Positions 61,127 to 64,000 of a stretch of DNA of 64,000 nt are shown here, piece after piece. Under the pieces are notes generated by a model. That model was not told where the DNA came from, searched no databases, and was given only the letters and a program-made list of their open reading frames with translations. How positions within the stretch are numbered: position 1 is the first letter of the stretch; the number at the start of each line of letters is the position of its first letter. The stretch is from Guillardia theta CCMP2712. Lineage: Eukaryota > Protista > Cryptophyta. Location of the stretch: contig NW_005434621.1 in assembly GCF_000315625.1 (NCBI RefSeq), positions 330,246 to 394,245 of the forward strand, written 5' to 3'. The position numbers and the translations under genes are program-made.

Positions 61127-61536
61127 TCTTTCGTTTCTCAGATCCTCCAATTCTTCATCTCCTTTCATCACCGTAGCTCTTCATCATCTCCTGTGCTCTC
61201 CTAACATCTGTCGATGCCCGAAGGCCCAAGGACACGCTCTCCTCTGCCAAGTACAACAATTGCGTCTTGACTTGGAAAGTGAGGGAGGAGGACGGGAACT
61301 CGAAGCTCCTCTTCGTTACCAAGTTGATCCCCAAGAACGACTTCACTGAAGAGGACGTAAGCTGTTTTCCAGCTCGCCTCCTGCTCCTGACTGTACATCC
61401 CTCGTCAGATATCTCCTTCCTTCAGCTCTGAGTTCACTTCCTCTGTGGAGGTATCCGTCAGTTCCCTGCGTCTCTCCTTTGTTGTGACTTGATCTGTTTG
61501 CAGAAAGTGAAGGAGCACTTGTCGAAGCCTCAGTGA
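58661..61536 (+). CDS. PPIL6-like cyclophilin with IQ-like motif and C-terminal SRPBCC/polyketide-cyclase-like domain
   Basis: IIIELYKTIAPKAVQNF..YRGSKFHRVV..VQGG..ESIFGGTFEDESF..GDLGMSNTGPHSN..QFYI..WLDGKNVVFGRV. PPIL6-type glutaredoxin-like pre-domain. AALKLQ/TAGRGFLDR; VSADKLWSIFGDF..GCKRVV. Confidence 0.75.
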
Positions 61537-62205
61537 CTGGGGGACTTAGTAAGAGCCTGACGTAGATAGAAATGATATGTAAACAAACCGAGCCTCCGAC
61601 ATGTCTTCCTCTTCAAGTCTGTCCCGGGCTATTCAATTGCCCGGCGGTCAGCGAAGCCTTCAGTGTGGTCCTTGAACGGACTGTCTTCAAGTTGATCAAC
61701 GGCTATTGAGATAACCCTGTAAGAGCTCCGGGGCTCTTGGTAGAGTCTTTCGGAGATTTTGCGAGAAACTGTGCCATGATCAAAAATCTGCCCACGGTCA
61801 GCCAGTATCAGTCGGAGCCTTTTTCTTTATTGACTGAAAAAGAAGGCGAGTGAAAGCGTGATCCGCCAGGTACCAGAGAAACCGAAGCCTTGCCCGGCGG
61901 GCCGCCGCCCGGACCCCCCCCGGGGGGCCGGCGCCGCCCGCGGCCGGGCCGCCGCTGAGTGGTGCTGTAACAGCCGTTCGGAAACCGTTACAAATTGAAT
62001 TGAGGTGGGGAGACCAGGTTGCATCGCCCTCATTACCCCTTCAATATGGACGTTGCGCGGGGGATTGGGGATGGCGGAAACGAGAGGAGTTGGCGAGGAG
62101 GAGGAGGAGGAGAAGGAGGAGAAGGGAATGTGAGGAGAGGAGAAGGCCTCAGGTCGCTTCTCAAGCATGGACTGAATCATCTATCATCTCGATCACGCTA
62201 AGGTG

Positions 62206-64000
62206 ATGATAAGGAACGCAGCTTTGCATTGGTTTGCCGTGCTGGCACTGTTTTGTCACCTGCCTCACAATCCTGTACATGCATCTGAAGGCTACTCTCT
62301 CTCAATTTTAGGTCAGAACGTCTGTGCTGGCTCCACCTTGTACGTACAATACACAGCACCTGTCGGCCATGCACCGAACAACATCATCGTTATGTATCTG
62401 AGGGATGGGAATCAAAATTTTGTGTTGACCGGGAGCAATCCGGTCCCATGGAATGCCACAGGTATTTTGGCGGTGGAAACGTACGAGTCGTACGTGAATA
62501 ATCTTGTCGTCTTTCGTTACTTTCAAAACTTAACCAGCGTCGATCACGATCATCGTCCTCTCGCGGAAACGCAGACCGAGAACCTTGGTAGCCCGTCCGA
62601 TCCCTGCGGGGTCTGCGGGGGAGACGGCAGCACCTGTCGCGGATGTGATGGGATTATCAACAGTGGGAAGCAAGTTGACAAGTGTGGGGTGTGCGGGGGG
62701 CAGGATGAGTGTGTGGATTGCCGCGGTGTGCCGTATGGTATGTACAGAACTGACCGTTGCGGACGTTGCGGCGAACCCAGGTACACCTGCTCCGAAGGTC
62801 CTAGGAGAGGCTTCCCATGCCATAATGGCGAAGACTGTGGTGGCAAACCGTGCACCACCGATCTTCCCTTCGAGGGGTGGAATCTTTGTGTTGATTGCGG
62901 TGGAACGCTGAACGGGAGCCTGACGAGGGACTCGTGCGGTGTGTGTGGAGGGTCAGACGAGAGCTGTATACGAGGATATGTCATCCTCCCTCCCCTCTAT
63001 GACGTTTGTGCTGATAGCCCTCTACTTGTCGACTGGTTGTCACCAGCCGACAGGGCGAAAACTTCGATTCTCGGGTTCGCAATGATTCGTAGCGATGGCT
63101 CGACAGGGCCTCTGCAAGGCTGGGCATTCATGGATCCATCTCAAGCAGGGAGCTCGTCGCCCTACCTCTTCCAAGCGCTACAATCTCCATCTACCTTGCT
63201 GGGGAGCAGCATGCTGTTCCGTAACCAGTCTGATACCAGCGGGTCGATGCTCTTCAATAGGTCCAGCTCGCAGCAGCAGATTTCGAGCTGCATCCCCGGA
63301 AGTTCGGATCAAGATTCGCGATGCCTGAGCTCGCTGGAATTCTTCAGGCCCATGCGGCCAGGGAAATATAGAATGCAAATATTCAGCTCGTCAATGAGCC
63401 CCCAGCGTATTGCTCAAAGCGCTGTCTTCGAAGTGCTTCAGAGACCTGACGAGTGTGGAGTATGTGGAGGGGACGGGGCGAGTTGTCGGGGTTGTGATGG
63501 ACTCATCAACAGTGGGGTTGAATTCGACCAGTGCAATGTGTGCGGGGGGAACAACGCATGTCTTGGATGCGATGGGATCCCTTTTAGTGAACAGGTGGTT
63601 GACATTTGTGGAGAGTGTGGTGGGATGAACGTCTCTTGTACGGGCTGTGATGGTGTAGCGAGATCTGATGGGGGCTTGAAGTACGATTCATGCGGAAATT
63701 GTGGAGGAGAAGACGATTCATGCGCTTTGCCGCCCAAGGTCGGGCTGCTCCCCTACCCAGCTGATTTCGCATGCGGGAACAAAATTGCTTTTTGGTGGAC
63801 AGCACCGTCGAACAAGAGTTCTTCAGACTTTATTGCCCTATGTGAAGGTGGCACACCTCTCCAATACACTCCAGGAGCATGTCTACCTGTCCTTCTGAAC
63901 ATCTCAGGAAGTTATGGTGAAGCCAAAGTCGACCTGCAGTTGTCCCCAAGCACGTATGACTTGCGTTACCTGCAGCACCAGCCTATAACTTCGGACGGGA
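62206..64000 (+). CDS. Secreted protein with DxCGVCGG Cys-rich repeats alternating with beta-sandwich-like domains; open to window end
   Basis: ATG 62206, signal peptide MIRNAALHWFAVLALFCHL..VHA. No in-frame stop seen to 64000, so it is absent from the ORF track. DPCGVCGGDGSTCRGCDG, DKCGVCGG, DECGVCGGDGASCRGCDG, DICGECGG. Confidence 0.85.
   Translation, partial: MIRNAALHWFAVLALFCHLPHNPVHASEGYSLSILGQNVCAGSTLYVQYTAPVGHAPNNIIVMYLRDGNQNFVLTGSNPVPWNATGILAVETYESYVNNLVVFRYFQNLTSVDHDHRPLAETQTENLGSPSDPCGVCGGDGSTCRGCDGIINSGKQVDKCGVCGGQDECVDCRGVPYGMYRTDRCGRCGEPRYTCSEGPRRGFPCHNGEDCGGKPCTTDLPFEGWNLCVDCGGTLNGSLTRDSCGVCGGSDESCIRGYVILPPLYDVCADSPLLVDWLSPADRAKTSILGFAMIRSDGSTGPLQGWAFMDPSQAGSSSPYLFQALQSPSTLLGSSMLFRNQSDTSGSMLFNRSSSQQQISSCIPGSSDQDSRCLSSLEFFRPMRPGKYRMQIFSSSMSPQRIAQSAVFEVLQRPDECGVCGGDGASCRGCDGLINSGVEFDQCNVCGGNNACLGCDGIPFSEQVVDICGECGGMNVSCTGCDGVARSDGGLKYDSCGNCGGEDDSCALPPKVGLLPYPADFACGNKIAFWWTAPSNKSSSDFIALCEGGTPLQYTPGACLPVLLNISGSYGEAKVDLQLSPSTYDLRYLQHQPITSDG

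Overview
Eukaryotic nuclear DNA with many short (about 45-60 nt) GT-AG introns, microsatellite-filled longer introns and two assembly gaps. The style, a plastid FKBP19 and a KNOX-type TALE gene suggest a cryptophyte alga such as Guillardia theta (inference). About 18 protein genes are supported. They include an IPT/TIG protein, a TIR-like/SAM-like/multi-TM/RelA-SpoT-like fusion, ALG2, an SLC5 symporter, a PAK kinase, a KNOX-type homeobox, an OMS1-like methyltransferase, a mucin-ZU5 protein, a KANSL1-like PEHE protein and a SPRY protein. They also include NDUFB10, a Cys-repeat membrane protein, FHIT, a Tudor-RAMA-PHD chromatin reader, FKBP19, a PPIL6-like cyclophilin and a CGVCGG-repeat secreted protein. 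The strongest hidden signal, absent from the ORF track, is at about 38.4-39.3 kb: an intron-containing, 5'-truncated Fanzor/TnpB-type RNA-guided nuclease fragment followed by a long hairpin where the omegaRNA is expected. The second is the TIR-SAM-TM-RelA/SpoT fusion, a candidate membrane nucleotide-messenger signalling system. Exon boundaries were read by eye and family assignments are from remembered motifs, not searches.
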